Origin: Felis catus
Lineage: Eukaryota
Length of the DNA: 64,000 bases
Direction: 5' to 3'
Assembly: GCF_018350175.1 (NCBI RefSeq)
Contig: NC_058382.1
Span: 32,922,001 to 32,986,000 of the forward strand
Positions 49,108 through 61,726 of the stretch are shown piece by piece. The notes beneath the pieces were generated by a model. It was given only the letters and a program-made list of their open reading frames with translations, was not told the origin of the DNA and did not search any database. Made by a program: the position numbers and the translations under genes. Within the stretch, counting starts at the first letter, position 1; each line of letters begins with the position of its first letter.

Positions 49108-49709
49108 TTGTGCCCATATTTTAATTGGATTATTTTATTTTGTTTTTACTCTTGGATTTGGGGAGGTCTTTATATATTCTAGATACTTCTTTGTTAGATA
49201 TGTGATATGCAAATATTTTTTCCCCAATGTGTAGCTTGTCTTTTGATCTTCTTACCAGGGTCTTTCACAGAGAAAAGAGTTTGACTTTGATCATATCCAG
49301 CTGATCAGTCTTTGCTTTACGAAATTTCATTCCATTAAAGATGAAAGCCAAATCAAGACATTGACTAAAGAGAAATCCTGACTAGCTCTATAATCGTTAT
49401 AGAAATTTAATAAGTAGCTTAAAATCAACCCCACCCAAGGAACCCTTAGATGGTGCTCCAGACAAGTTTTAAATCTTTAAGAAACAGATAATCCCAATAT
49501 TATACATCCTTTAACAGAGAAAAATAACATTGATATGAGGGCAATAAGGGAACGATCAGTACCTTTTCTGCTTTATGTATGAATATAAATTCTCTTATTA
49601 AGTCCAGTCCAACAATGTATCAAATAATTCATGATCGAGTTGGATTTATTCTAGGAATGCAAGGATGGTTTAATATTAGAAAATATTTTTAAGTAAATTA
49701 CATTCATAC

Positions 49710-49960
49710 TATATCAGTTTCTTATTGCATCTATAAAATTACCACAAGTTCAGTGGCATAAATGATATAAATTTGTTATCTTATTCTGGAGGTCACTGGG
49801 TCTCATTGGGCTAAAAGCCAGGTGTCAGTAAGGCTGTATTCCTTCCTTCTGGAGAAATGAGGGGAGAATTTTTTTTTTTTCCATCTGAGGCCACCGACAT
49901 TCTTTGGCTTGTGGCCCATCTCCATCTTCAAAGCTACCAAAGACAGAGCTGTTCTCACAT
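49710..49960 (-). mobile_element. MLT1-type MaLR LTR fragment
   Basis: tcagtttcttattgcatctataaaattaccacaagttcagtggc...ctaaaagccaggtgtcag...ttctttggcttgtggccc. Confidence 0.7.
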
Positions 49961-49983
49961 CGTATTTTTCTCTCTCAAAAAAA

Positions 49984-49988
<5 letters not shown>

Positions 49989-50020
<32 letters not shown>
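49989..50020. repeat. (TA)16 microsatellite
   Basis: Direct reading. Confidence 0.95.
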
Positions 50021-50023
<3 letters not shown>

Positions 50024-50494
50024 TTAAAAATAAAAGGAAATAATAGATATCTGAAAACAAATCTAAAATACATTTGCAAGAACTTGGATAAAATTATAAA
50101 ATTTGATTAAAACTATGTGAAATAAGGGCTAAGTGGAAAGAATAATTACATTTCTAGGCTGACTTGATATGATAAACATGTAAAATTTCCACCAATAGTT
50201 CTATAAATTTGAGCAATTGTAGTCAAGATCCCTCCGTGACATGGGGTGTGTGTGTGTGTATACCAGACAAGCTGATTCTAAAAAGCTTACTGTAAAATGT
50301 ATTTAGAAGTACAAAGAGTTACACATAGCAAGAAGTTCTGAAGACAAAAACCGCCAAATTGCATGTGTTTGAGATGGAAGAATTGCCACCTCAGCTATAC
50401 AACCGTATTGTAAAGCTGTAGTGATACCAAGAGAGATTGTGCGAGTATAAGGTCGACCACGGGTGAAAGATCTCCACCCTACTTTTCTTACCTT

Positions 50495-50880
50495 CTTCAT
50501 TCATTTAGATTCATTTCATAAATACGTATTAAGCACATAACTCGTGCCAGGTCCTGGTATAGATCCCAGGATACAATGGTGAACAAAACAAACAGTCCTC
50601 ATCCTCATGGGATACAGAGCCTTGTGAAGACAAATCACTAAAACGGTCGTAAACGCTACGGGTGATGAAGTTACAAAACAGGCGACAACAGGTACTTTGG
50701 GAAAGTGACAAAGGGCAGCGATAACTAACATTGATGGAGGAAGCCCTCCGTGCCAGGAAAGATGACTAGAAGCTAAAGAGTGAAGGAGGGAGTGTTTCTT
50801 CCGGAAACAACAAAACGTGCAGGAGAAAGGAAGGCTTATTCATGGAATTAACAGAAATCTAGTCTGGTTGCGGTAGAAAG
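50495..50880 (-). mobile_element. L2 3' end
   Basis: ttcattcattt...taaatacgtattaagcac...gtgccaggtcctgg...gatacaatggtgaacaaaac. Confidence 0.7.
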
Positions 50881-51302
50881 ATACCAGGGTGACTGGCCTC
50901 TTTAAAATTCATTGCAAGTCTTTCAAAGAGCCGTCTTCCACATTTACATTTCCTGTACTTTACAGGAAAAAAAGGTGTGCCTTGCACCTATTCTAAGTCT
51001 TAAAATCACACCTTACTCCGGGGGTATAAGAATACTCTGGGCATGGGACAAAGGAACGATTTCAAATACTGACAGAATATTAAGAAGGAGAGTGGGGAGA
51101 TAATTGGATAAGAAAGACTTAACCGTGTTATTTGACTAATTTACGTATGTATTTAATGGTAATGGTTTTAATTAATTGCTTGCAGTAAAATTGAAGGAGG
51201 ACCAACCGGTTTCTTAGCTGGTGGATCATTACAAATAATCTTTAATAGTAGATACTATGTGATTTTTGGCAAATGACTTGAAAATAATCTAAATAATTTT
51301 CT

Positions 51303-51524
51303 TTAAAGAATGTTTTTTTAACATGTATTCATTTCTGAGAGACAGAGAGAGACAGAACATGAGTGGGGGAGGGGCGGAGAGAGAAGGAGACACAGAATCA
51401 GAAGCAGGGTCCAGGCTCCGAGCTGTCAGCACAGAGCCTGATGTGGGGCTCGAACGCACAGACGGCAAGATCATGACCTGAGCCGAAGTCGGACACTTAA
51501 CTGACTGAGCCACCAAGGCGCCCC
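51303..51524 (-). mobile_element. Can-SINE
   Basis: TSD taaataattttct at 51290 and 51525. Confidence 0.92.
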
Positions 51525-51904
51525 TAAATAATTTTCTATAACAAATTCTTCCATTACTACCTTTTACACAGGTAAATAAACTCTTCAGGGCTTACATCCA
51601 TAAAAATAAAAATGGGAATAATACTGATGAGGAGCCATGAGGTAGAGAGAAAACCTACCCATCTTATTAACATGCATTTCCGATGAGCTCAATGTTAATT
51701 TCCTTTGTATTTGATAGTAGTAAGAATTTATAATACATTCAATTCACTACATTCAAAGTAGAAGATCTAAAACACACATAAAGATTAAGAGAATTGTGGT
51801 AGATGATTAATAATAGGCTTTTGAGCATTCATTATCACGTAACATAGAAATGCAAAGAGAAAAAAGTATATTATATGATATCTGAATCTTTAAGGAACCT
51901 TGTT

Positions 51905-52300
51905 CATGTAGTTTATTATTATTTTTATAGTTATTTTAAATAAAATACAGACACGATGAAATGCACAGATTAACTGGATACACTCATATAAACCATACCC
52001 TTGTCTCAAAAAATTCCTATGAATCTCTTGACATTCAGTAATCGCCATCACCACAGAGATGACTACTAGTTTGATTTCTATCACTACAGATTAGCCTGTC
52101 CGTCCTAAAAATCCGTATAAATGAAATTGTAAGGTACATGCTTTAAGTACATGAAGCGTGTACTCTTCCAGGTGTCCCATTTCTTTTGCAGATAGTAACT
52201 GTGATTCATCTATATTGGTGAACACTATTACACAGTAGGGTTCTAGTGTAAGGCTTGCCTCAATTTTCTTATCCATGCTTCTGCTGACAGACACTTGAGT
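51905..52300 (-). mobile_element. Ancient L1 (L1ME-like) 3' fragment
   Basis: actactagtttgatttctatcactacagattagcctgtccgtcctaaaaatccgtataaatgaaatt. Confidence 0.55.
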
Positions 52301-52324
52301 GGCCTGAAGTTTCCCCTACATTTA

Positions 52325-52588
52325 TTTTCTTTATTTATTTTTATTAATTTTTTTTAAGTAGGCACCACACCCACCTCCACGCTGAACGTGGAGCCCGACG
52401 CAAAGGCTTGATCCCACAACCCCGGGATCATGACCTGAGCCACAATCAAGAGTCGGACGCTCAACCAACGAACCACATAGGTGCCCCTTAAATATTTCCT
52501 TTTTTAATGATGGATTATGTAGAGCTTGAACTCATGACCTGGAGATCAAGAGTCACACACTGCACCCACGGAGCCAGCCAGGAGCCCC
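52325..52588 (-). mobile_element. Two stacked short Can-SINEs (52325-52487, 52500-52588)
   Basis: Two antisense heads; outer TSD tccccta(c/a)attta at about 52311 and 52589. Confidence 0.8.
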
Positions 52589-52603
52589 TCCCCTAAATTT
52601 ATT

Positions 52604-52631
52604 ACACACACACACACACACACACGCACAT

Positions 52632-52664
<33 letters not shown>
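52604..52664. repeat. (CA)n microsatellite, about 30 units, interrupted
   Basis: Direct reading. Confidence 0.95.
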
Positions 52665-52668
<4 letters not shown>

Positions 52669-53674
52669 TTTCTTCGGTGACAAACATTCACAATATAAAC
52701 TTGCACAGTTTCCCAGATTTCTTGGGTTCAGTCCTCTGCTTGTCAGGGTTTTAAGTTAGAAGGAGCTCCAAATTAAACTGAAATAATGGAAGCAAAATCT
52801 CTGTACTCCACACAGTCGTCAGGAAAAAGCCATTTCCTTTGAATGGTAAACACAGGCCCGACCAAGACGGGCGTTGACGGGGCCGCCGAAGTCCCTTTAC
52901 ACTCCTTTCAGGGTTACTTTCAGACAGGTAGGCTGACACGTGACTTGTCGAAGCTCCAATAAAACGGACAGGGAAAAGCTTGGAAAGCCAAAAGGGCCTT
53001 CTGATACAGCTAATTTATTTGAACCCAGAAAATCGGGCCGACCTGCAACAGGATGCAGCCCTTGTTCACTAAACCCTGAGCCCTCTCCTTCCGTCTGGGC
53101 TTTGTTTCGCCATGCCACGTTTTCTTTTCGTCCAACTATTACCACACACGTAGGCCTAATGCTCCCTCCTCCATTCGGCCATGATATTAGATACAAATTA
53201 GTAACCGAATACTCTCAGCCCGAGAGTTTCGTAGTGAAAAACCAAAACATAGAAATCCCAAGAGAGAAGTGCTGTCACCTTCCCCAGCGACGGCCTGGCT
53301 CTTAGTTTAAATGGTAAGTAAACAGGAACCCAACCTGCTTTGAAACCTGAGCAGCCGGCCTCTTTCCCCACCATCACCCTGCAAGGCCTGCGTCATGAAC
53401 ATTACTAACAACTTTGGCAAATGGAGAAGGGTTGTGGGAACGTTTAAATATAATCCACAAATGGTTCACAAGAGAAGGAACCAGATAATTGGTCTTGTGG
53501 AATGTTCTATGGCTCTCTGATCCTCAGAGGATATTTTAGGAGAATGATTTTGTTGTTAGCTGGAGCTCATTCACTCAGAACAGCCACAAATAAACCTTAG
53601 TTTTGCCTCCTTTCATTCACTGATTCAGTAGGTCATTTGAATAATGGGGCCAGAAAGTTATGTATGATTTTTTT

Positions 53675-53844
53675 TTTTAGTTTTTAAAAAATACTTATTT
53701 CAGAGCGCCTGGGTGGCTCAGTTGGTTAAGCGTCTGACTTCAGCTCAGGTCACGATCTCACGGTTCCCGACGCGGGGCTCAAACCCATGAACCGTGAGAT
53801 CGTGACCTGAGCTTAACCAACTGAGCCACCCACTTGGGTGCCCC
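53675..53844 (-). mobile_element. Rearranged Can-SINE containing an inverted copy of its own head (hairpin)
   Basis: TSD tgtatgattttttt at 53661 and 53845; 53742-53766 is the exact reverse complement of 53789-53813. Confidence 0.9.
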
Positions 53845-53858
53845 TGTATGATTTTTTT

Positions 53859-54019
53859 AAGCTTAATTATTTATTTTGGGGGGTGGGTGGGGAGGAGCAG
53901 AGAGGGAGAGAGGCCAATGCAGAGCCTGATGTGGAGCTCAATCTCATGCACTGTGAGATCACGGCCTGAGCCAAAATCAAGAGTCGGACCCTTAACCAAC
54001 CGAGCCACCCAGGCGTCCC
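53859..54019 (-). mobile_element. Older short Can-SINE
   Basis: Antisense head; target motif tgtgtgattt at 54020. Confidence 0.85.
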
Positions 54020-54980
54020 TGTGTGATTTAAGAAAACATAATAATTCTCAAAGTGTTGTCAAAAAGAAGCTACCTCTTTGGACCCAAGAAGTATCTCAAA
54101 CGAAGCAATAGCCCCCTTTTTGCAAAGGAGGAAGCTAGACCCTGGAAAGTGAAGTCACTGCTAGGTCGTGCTCTGGGGGCAAAGCTGGCCTAGTCCCCTA
54201 ACCCCCGGTCAGCTCTGAGTCTCATGCAGCACCCCTAAGCCACTGCAATCTCTCTGCACCTCAGTTTCTGCATCTCTAAGAGGAAATCATAACTGTGGCT
54301 TTATCTACCGCATAGGACCCTTGGAGAGAGCCAATGAGACCAGAGGGCTCATGAGAGGCCACACATAAAGGGCACAAGTGGTAATATGACCTGGAATGGA
54401 GGTCCCCTTGGCTCTGATCCCCCACATGTGGCCCTCAAGCCACATGAAAGGCCCGCACTTCCTCAGCCATTGTCTGCGTTTATGGATGAATTCCTGTGGC
54501 GGTCACCCAGCCCCAGTGTGTTGACAGCAATGACGCATGGCTCCCCAGGGTGGGGTCGGCACAAGAGGAGAGATCGAGTGTTCTGGGGTTGGAGGAAAGG
54601 CCTTGTTTGTTCCCAGAGAGCTTGATGGCCAGGCTGGGGCCAGGGCTTCCGTGCGCGTCTGAGGGAGGGGAGACCTGCTCTTGCCACGAGAGGCTGCAGA
54701 GGGTGATGGCATGGGAGGGAATCCGGGAGGCACCTGGGGGCTCGGGCCTTTCCCATCCCACCCTCCATGCATGTTTGCTTGTGCTCACCATTTTCTGGGT
54801 GGGCCTGTAGTGCAGAGAAAAGAATGCCAGGCTCAGGGCACTTAGGTTCCAGTTGCTGTGTTCATTCACTGACTTACTGTCACATCCCTTAGCTTGCTAG
54901 GACTCAGTTTCCTCCTCTGTAAAATGGGGATATTACTTCATCTACATACCATCACGGAGCTTTAGGGAGTCAGTTCAGAC

Positions 54981-54985
<5 letters not shown>

Positions 54986-55010
<25 letters not shown>
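54986..55010. repeat. (GT)12 microsatellite
   Basis: Direct reading. Confidence 0.95.
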
Positions 55011-55011
<1 letters not shown>

Positions 55012-55955
55012 ACACATGTGAAAGAGACAGAGGCAGGGACTGAGAGAATGAGAGAGAAAATCTTTCGAAGTGTAACATCGGGTGGAAAGTATTACCTTGA
55101 AAGCTGACATTACCGTCTGAGCTTTGGAAAATCAGGAGACTCAGGTGGATATAATCTGATATTTTTCTCCCAAGGATCTCAGAGCTCACACCGAGGGCTA
55201 TCCTTCTGATACCCTGGGACACCCATTTTACAGATGTATCGAGAAAAGCAGAGGTAAGACCAAGGAGACCTAGAGAGACAGGTGCTCGTTCTTCTCACCA
55301 CCTCCAGATGGCAGCCAAGGAGAAACAGAATGAAGGGGCACTTTGACGGAGCCCTGATTTGGTCAAGCGATGGCTCTCAGTGCCACTGAATGGGTGGTGG
55401 AGGGGGGGGTGGGTGTATTCCACATGCGAGGTGCTGGGTACTCAACGCCCTACTGGCAACTTTAAAGGAGTCTAGATTGCTGAGGTTACGTCTTGCCAAG
55501 GAAAAAATAATACTCCCGGTTAGGATACCACCGGAGACCTGCGGTTCTGAATCTGAGCTCGATCAGGAAAGGCCACCAGAGAGCTTGCAGCCTACTTCCG
55601 GAACAACTCACAACATTTACTCTTCTTTAGGGAACCAAAAGTAAATGGCTGCTCTCAGGGTCCTCAGTGCTGGCACGCAGCCACGTCCTGCCCAGATCAG
55701 CTGGTTTCGAGCACCAGGCTTGCTCAGACATCCTGGCTACAGCCGTGGCTTACAGCCTCTGTGGAATGAGGAAACACCCAGACAGCATCCAGGTTTGCCC
55801 CTTCGTGGACCTCTGGGAGGACCAGAGTTGGCTGAGGAGCCCCGTTAGTCTTGGGTCATTCGCGGCAATACCTCGATTGACTTCGTCACTGAGGTCGTCC
55901 TTCGGCCATCGGCTGGGAGACGGCAAAGGCTAGGAGTGACGGAGATTCTGGTACC

Positions 55956-56390
55956 TGTTACGGATTGAAATGTGCCCCCCCCCCAAAATACATGCTGAAG
56001 CCTTAACTCAGAATGTCAGAAGGTACGCAGAATGTCACCTTATTTGGAAATAGGGTCTTGACACACGCAGTTAGTTAATACGAGGATGGGTTCTGACCCG
56101 ATCTGACTGGTGTCCTTAGGAGAAAAGAAAACAGTGGGATGCAGACAACCACAGAAAGAAGACACCACATGAAGGCAGTGGCAGAGATTGGAGCCACGCA
56201 GCTCCAGGCCGAGGAATGTCGGGGACTGCCTTCAAACTCCAGAAGCTGGAAAAGGCAAGGAAGCGTTCTCTCCCGGAGCCCTCACAAGGAGCCAGAGCCT
56301 GCCCACACCTTAATTTGAGACACCCAGCCTCCAGAACAGCGAGCAACAAAAGTCTGTGGTTGCCTGCGGCAGCCGTAGGAAACTAATACG
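55956..56390 (+). mobile_element. MLT1 (B/C-like) MaLR solo LTR
   Basis: tgttacggattgaaatgtgccccc...ttatttggaaatagggtct...gaagctggaaaaggcaaggaag...gtaggaaactaatac; 5-bp TSD gtac(c/t). Confidence 0.85.
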
Positions 56391-59300
56391 GTACTTTTTT
56401 GTAAACCGATGGTTTCAAAGATGGCGCTGAACAAGCTTTGGCAACAGCCCTCCAGACCCTCCGTCTTCTGCGGGAGGAGCGGGTGACCACACCTTTTCAG
56501 GGCAACCAGGTAACACGCAGATGGGACTGGTCACCCCCAGGATCCTTCCTGCTCCCTCCTGTTCAGCACAACATCTGGTCAGGCCCAAGAGCCGTGTCAG
56601 ACGGTCAACAAAACAGGGTGGGGATGGCATTGCCTGCAGCCGGAGGTAGAGGGGGGGGTACGGTGAACGAGACCGCGTCTCTGCCCTCAACAAGCTCGTC
56701 CCCTGGCAGGGGGCACCGGTGTTATCACTGGCGTGTGGGGTAAGGCCTGTCCCTCGAGGTATGGGGACAGCTGGAACACAGACCAAGGGGGTCTGACCCG
56801 GCTGTGGTGTCTGAGGAGTTGGAATAAAGTCCCAAGGAAGTGGGATTCTCCAAGCAAAGAGGAGGAAAGGAGGGAGTTTCCGGACAGAGGGACCGACCTG
56901 TGCGTGGAGGAAGAACGGGGAGGCCCAGCTTTCGGGGAGTGAAGGGTGTGAGGAGAGAGGAGGGGAGAGCAGTGCCTGGAAAGACTGGCAGGACCCTGAC
57001 CTGAAAGAGCCTAGTGGACGACTGGCTGATGAGTCCTCCAGGGTCAGACCGACAGCTGTGGCCTCTGTCCTCCAGGCCAAGGTCTCCATCGGGAAGAACA
57101 AGGTGCCCTTTTCTGCCTTACCTTTTGTCCCCAAGCAAGACTCCATTCTCTGGGCATCTGTCCTGTACTTTCACCATCTTGGTGCCAAAGAGGTGGAAAT
57201 TTTGGGGCAAGAGAGGCAGAAGTGCCCCGGGGCAGGGGCTGCAAACTCTCCACAGCACAAAAGTGGGCAGAAAGGGGAGTGAGTGGACCGAGGAGAAGTA
57301 AGGAGTCTGGGTTCAGCTGGAGAGATCGTGCCTTCCCCCAAACTCAGAGTGGCCGGACAGAGCTCCCGATGCTTTAGAAGAAACCAGAGACTCTGAGTTT
57401 CGTGTGAGAGTTCCTGATTTGCGAAGTAGCAGGTGCATCAACCACAACTCCACGGCCTCCAGGTGGGCCACAAGGTGCTGGTTGGTGGCTCCCTGTCCCA
57501 GGTAACTCCTTCCGCCATTCACCCAGACTGGCTGGCTGATGCCACAGCTGCTTTAGTGGCCCTCGGGCACCTTCCCGAGTGATCACGAATGGTTTTGGTC
57601 TGGCCCCGGTTCGAGATGACAGGCAGGTCTCTCAGGGGCGGTGAAACCGTGCAAGTGTCTGCATTTCACCGGGATGCAATCGATACAAACTGGATCAACG
57701 AAACCCGAGAAAGTCAATGACTGGGGAGGGGAGGAAATGTGTCCCCGTGGCCTCTTAGGCAATTAGCTGTGATGTCCCTGGCAGCTGCTGAATTCCAAAG
57801 GCAAGTCCAGGAGTTGTGACTTGGAATCAAGTCTCTTGTAAGACTTAAAGGCATTGGGGCTGGATGCTTGGCCTAGACAAGAGAGAACCCGAGGTGGGTG
57901 GCAGTAGCATTGGAGTCGGGGAGGGAGACTCGCTATCCCTGTCCTCCAATATCTGCCGTGGTTGTGCAGAAGGAGGGGGTCACCATCCTCCGTGTGGCTC
58001 CAAGGGCTGAACCCAGGGCCGGCAGCTTGACCACAGGACTCCCTACCAGTCAGTGAAGTCTAAAGGTGCAGTCGTTTGCCTTTGCAAGAAGTAAGCACTC
58101 CGTCAAGGGAGGCATGCAAGCACCTGTTAAATGGCCACTGCTGAGGGGGTGATACAGTGGAGAGGACACGCTGCTTTGGATGAACTCTGGAGTCTCCTCC
58201 GTCCTAAAAATTTTGCGACTTACCTTGTGATGTTCCGTTGCCCTGCTTTATTTGGGGGTCTTGTTGTTTTAGAAAATATGCAGCGACTTCAGAATTTTCT
58301 GTCTACACTAGCAAGGGGACTTGGAGCTGTCAGCACAGGAAATCCACAGACCCACGGTACTTCAGAGAGGAAGGTAGCAGGGCATCGTGGACAGCATTCG
58401 CTGCCCGCAAAGAACCAAAGTGCGAGCCGGGCTTCTGAGAAGCGGGAAGGAGAATGGGCAGATAGGACACAGGAGCCTGGAATTAATAAGGAGCCAAAGG
58501 GCTGAGTCACTGAGCTAATATCAGTGTCTGAAGGTAACAGGAAAAAAATGAAAAGAAAAAGAGAAAAGAAAATCAGACAACGGAAAAAGAACGACGAAAG
58601 CTTTGCAAAGCCCTCAGGTGACCAAAACAACAGGAGAAGTCGGGAAAATGTAATTACACGCTGCTATGTGGGTCCTTTGTGGCAGCCAGCCCATCCTCCC
58701 CCTGGCCCTCCCCTCTCATCGGATTCTTGCCTGGTCGGTGGCAGCCCCCCACCCCGGGACACAGTGAGATGGGCAGAGGGCTCACGATTTATTCAGAATT
58801 GTCTACTTTGCCCCCTGTTATACTGCCCCTAAGTTTACCCCTCATCCCTCCCTTCCAGGGAGGACATAGATGTCAGACAGGAGTGAACACTGGAAATCAT
58901 CTCGCCCATTATACAGAAAGGAAAGCTGAGGCCCAAAGAGTAGACCCTGTGCCAAGTGCAATGGGGAGGACTGAATTCACGAGAGAATTCTCCTGAATTC
59001 ACGAGAGAAAGAGGTTTATACTGCCCAAGTTCAAGCTTGCACTTCTGCTTTCAAAGACAGGAATGAATACAGGAGTCTCTCGGACTCGGTCACAGGCTTT
59101 TGAGGAACAGAGATCTCTCCTGTTCCACAAACTGAAAGTCACCTGTTTGCTGACAGAGTGAGGTTTGGAGATGTACTTAAGAGGAGTCAAGATCTGTGCT
59201 CTGCCCTGTCCACAGACCCATTCAAAGAGCGGGTGTTTCAGAGACCCGCGGCCCCTGACGCTGATCCCGTCTGTCCCACTTTGAAAGACACAGACGGGCT

Positions 59301-59589
59301 CCAAGATGGTTCCCAGCAGGACGGGCCAAGGTGGGCAGTTTTCTGGGCCAGGACAGTCGTATCTCTAAAGAACTGGAGAGAGCATGTCTGTTTACTCTTT
59401 ATGTCTCTTTATGTTTTTCAGGATCAGAAACTGTCCCCAGACTGTCCTTTCCTGCCAGTCCTCTTCCTCCTGCCCGGGAGGGGTCTCAGCTGTTCACAGC
59501 CCCTCTTCTCCCCTGGTGACTCCAGAGCCATTGGACCAGGTCCCTGCCCCACTCTGCACGCACCGGCCGGACAGACCCTTTCGATACAA

Positions 59590-60106
59590 CTTCGATCATG
59601 CGCTCTCCCATTCAGCCATTCCCAATGGCTTCCTTAACACACACCATCCTTCTCACCGTGGCCAACGGGTGCCTTAAAATCAGGCCATTGCCCACCCCTT
59701 CCTTCCTTTTGCCACCGTCTCTTCTGGAAGCCTCCCCTTCCTGCTGGTCCTGTCTGCTCCAACCCCAGCCTGTGCACTCTCTGCCTTAGTCTCTCCTCCC
59801 TGCTCTCTGGAGGGCTCAGCCCATCTCAACTTCTGATCTCTCAATTTGGGAGGCCCTGGAGAAGCTTCCCTGAGTACCTGCTTGGCCCGGGGCCCTCCCC
59901 AGCTTTCTGAATTAACTCACACTCTAGTGTAGTCTTCAAGCACTTGTCAGTATGTCTTGATATCTTATTTATTTGCTTGTTTATTCGTTTTAGATGTTTC
60001 CCCCTCCTTGAGTGTAAGCAGGGGCCTTAGCCATCTTGTTTACCACTATAGTCCTGTGTCATAGAACTCCCTGACACATAGTAGTTGCTCAGGAAATATC
60101 TATTGA
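59590..60106 (+). mobile_element. L2 3' region
   Basis: ccctgacacatagtagttgctcaggaaatatctattgaa terminal motif. Confidence 0.6.
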
Positions 60107-60150
60107 AAGGAAGGAAGGAAGGAAGGAAGGAAGGAAGGAAGGAAGGAAGG
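60107..60150. repeat. (AAGG)11 microsatellite at the L2 tail
   Basis: Direct reading. Confidence 0.95.
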
Positions 60151-60227
60151 AATAAAGGGGGTGGGGAGAAGAAAAAAAGAAAGGATGGTGAGAGGGAGGA
60201 AATCCTTTGTATCTACATATTCTAGTT

Positions 60228-60444
60228 TGTTTTTTAATTTTTTTAATGTTTATTTTTTGAGAGAGAGACAGAGTGCGAGCGGGGGAGGGGCAGAGAGAGG
60301 AGACATAGAATCTGAGCAGGCTCCAGGCTCTGCACTGCCAGCAGAGAGCCCGAGGTGGGGCTCGAACCCACAAACCACAAGATCATGACCTGAGCTAAAC
60401 TCAGATGCTTAACTACTTAACCAACTGAGCCACCCAGGCACCCC
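60228..60444 (-). mobile_element. Can-SINE
   Basis: Antisense full-length copy; short TSD ttctagtt. Confidence 0.9.
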
Positions 60445-60661
60445 CGTGTTCTAGTTCGTTTTTAACCTGGAGAGTGACACAAAGGAAACAGTCAACAGTA
60501 TCAACAAGCAACGTATGGAATGGGAAAAGTATTTGCAAATGACATATCTGATTAAGAAGTTACTATCCAGAATATATAAGGAACTGATACAATTCAACAC
60601 CCAAGAAAGCAAATAATCCGATGAAAAATGGTCAGAAGACACGAACAGGCATTTTTTCCAA

Positions 60662-60826
60662 NNNNNNNNNNNNNNNNNNNNNNNNNNNNNNNNNNNNNNN
60701 NNNNNNNNNNNNNNNNNNNNNNNNNNNNNNNNNNNNNNNNNNNNNNNNNNNNNNNNNNNNNNNNNNNNNNNNNNNNNNNNNNNNNNNNNNNNNNNNNNNN
60801 NNNNNNNNNNNNNNNNNNNNNNNNNN
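60662..60826. other. Assembly gap (165 N)
   Basis: Run of N. Confidence 1.
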
Positions 60827-61255
60827 GAGCCCTCATGCCCTGTTGGTGGGAATGAAAACTGGGGCAGCCACTGTGGAAAACAGTATGGAGCTTCCTCGAT
60901 AAATTAAAAAGAGACCTACCCTCTGGTCCAGTAATTCCACTACTGGCTATTTAAACAACAAATATGAAAACACTGATTTGAAAAGATGTATGTATCCCTA
61001 TGTTTATTGCAGCATTATTTACAGTAGCCCAGATATGAAGGAACCCAAGTGTCCATTGATAGATGAATGGATAAAGAAGATGTGGTGTATAACATAATGG
61101 AATGTTACTTAGCTGTAAAAAACGAGTGAGTTCTTGCCATTTGCAACAACATGGATGGATCTACAGAGTATAATGCTAACAGAAATAAGTCAGCCAGAAA
61201 AAGACAAATACCATATGATCTCACTCATATGTGGAACTTAAGAAACAAAACAAAT

Positions 61256-61455
61256 GGGGGCACCTGGGTGGCTCAGTCGGTTCAGTGTTCGACTTCGGCT
61301 CAGGTCATGATCTCGCGGTATGTGAGTTCAGGCCCCGAGCTGGGCTCTGTGCTGACAGCTCAGAGCCTGGAGCATGCCTCGGATTCTGTGTCTCCCTCTC
61401 TCTGTCCCTCCCCTGCTCGCTCTCTGTCTGTCTCAAAAATAAACATTAAAAAAAT
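61256..61455 (+). mobile_element. Can-SINE inserted in the L1 3' UTR
   Basis: gggggcacctgggtggctcagtcgg...aaaaataaacattaaaa. Confidence 0.9.
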
Positions 61456-61726
61456 TGCTTAAAGAAAAGGAAACAGAACAAGTGAACAAAGAAAAAAGAG
61501 ACAAAAACAAACGAACAAACAAACCAACAAACCCAGACTCTTAAATGCAGAGAACAAACTGGTGGTTATCAGAGGGGAGGTAGGTGGGAGGATAGTGAAA
61601 CTGGTAGCAAGGGGATTAAGAGGACACGTATCATGATGAGCGCTGAGTAATGTATGGAAGTGATGAATCACTATATTGTACACCTGAAGCTAGTACAACA
61701 CTGTATGTTAACTAACTGGAATTTTT

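Larger units (their letters stand above)
47975..49320 (-). mobile_element. Old L1 (L1MC-like) 3' region interrupted by two SINEs and a (GTTTTT)n tract
   Basis: aatggaatcacacagtatgtaac; ggatgtaccacagcttatt; ggacatctgggttgtttcc; tatatattctagatac. Confidence 0.75.
49340..50460 (+). mobile_element. Ancient L1 ORF2 fragments split by an MLT1 LTR and (TA)16
   Basis: gttggatttattctaggaatgcaaggatggtttaatattagaaaat; gacaagctgattctaaaa; gtaaagctgtagtgat. Confidence 0.6.
60460..61726 (+). mobile_element. Carnivore L1 ORF2 3' end and 3' UTR, containing a gap and a SINE
   Basis: gaatgggaaaagtatttgcaaatgacatatctga; gcagccactgtggaaaacagtatggag; cagtaattccactactgg; gacaaataccatatgatctcactc. Confidence 0.88.

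Noticed and set aside
56415-57146. 243-aa minus-strand ORF
   Set aside because: Pro/Leu/Ser-rich composition typical of stop-poor GC-rich non-coding DNA; no recognisable domain or splice context.
58971-59009. 17-bp direct repeat ctgaattcacgagagaa x2 with three GAATTC sites
   Set aside because: Simple two-unit slippage duplication; no array or spacers, not CRISPR-like.
60107-60150. GGAA microsatellite as an ETS-fusion response element
   Set aside because: Explained as expansion from the L2 tail; no context for function.
1486-61455. tRNA-like A/B-box sequences as tRNA genes
   Set aside because: All are SINE heads followed by the SINE body and tail; no cloverleaf-complete tRNA seen.
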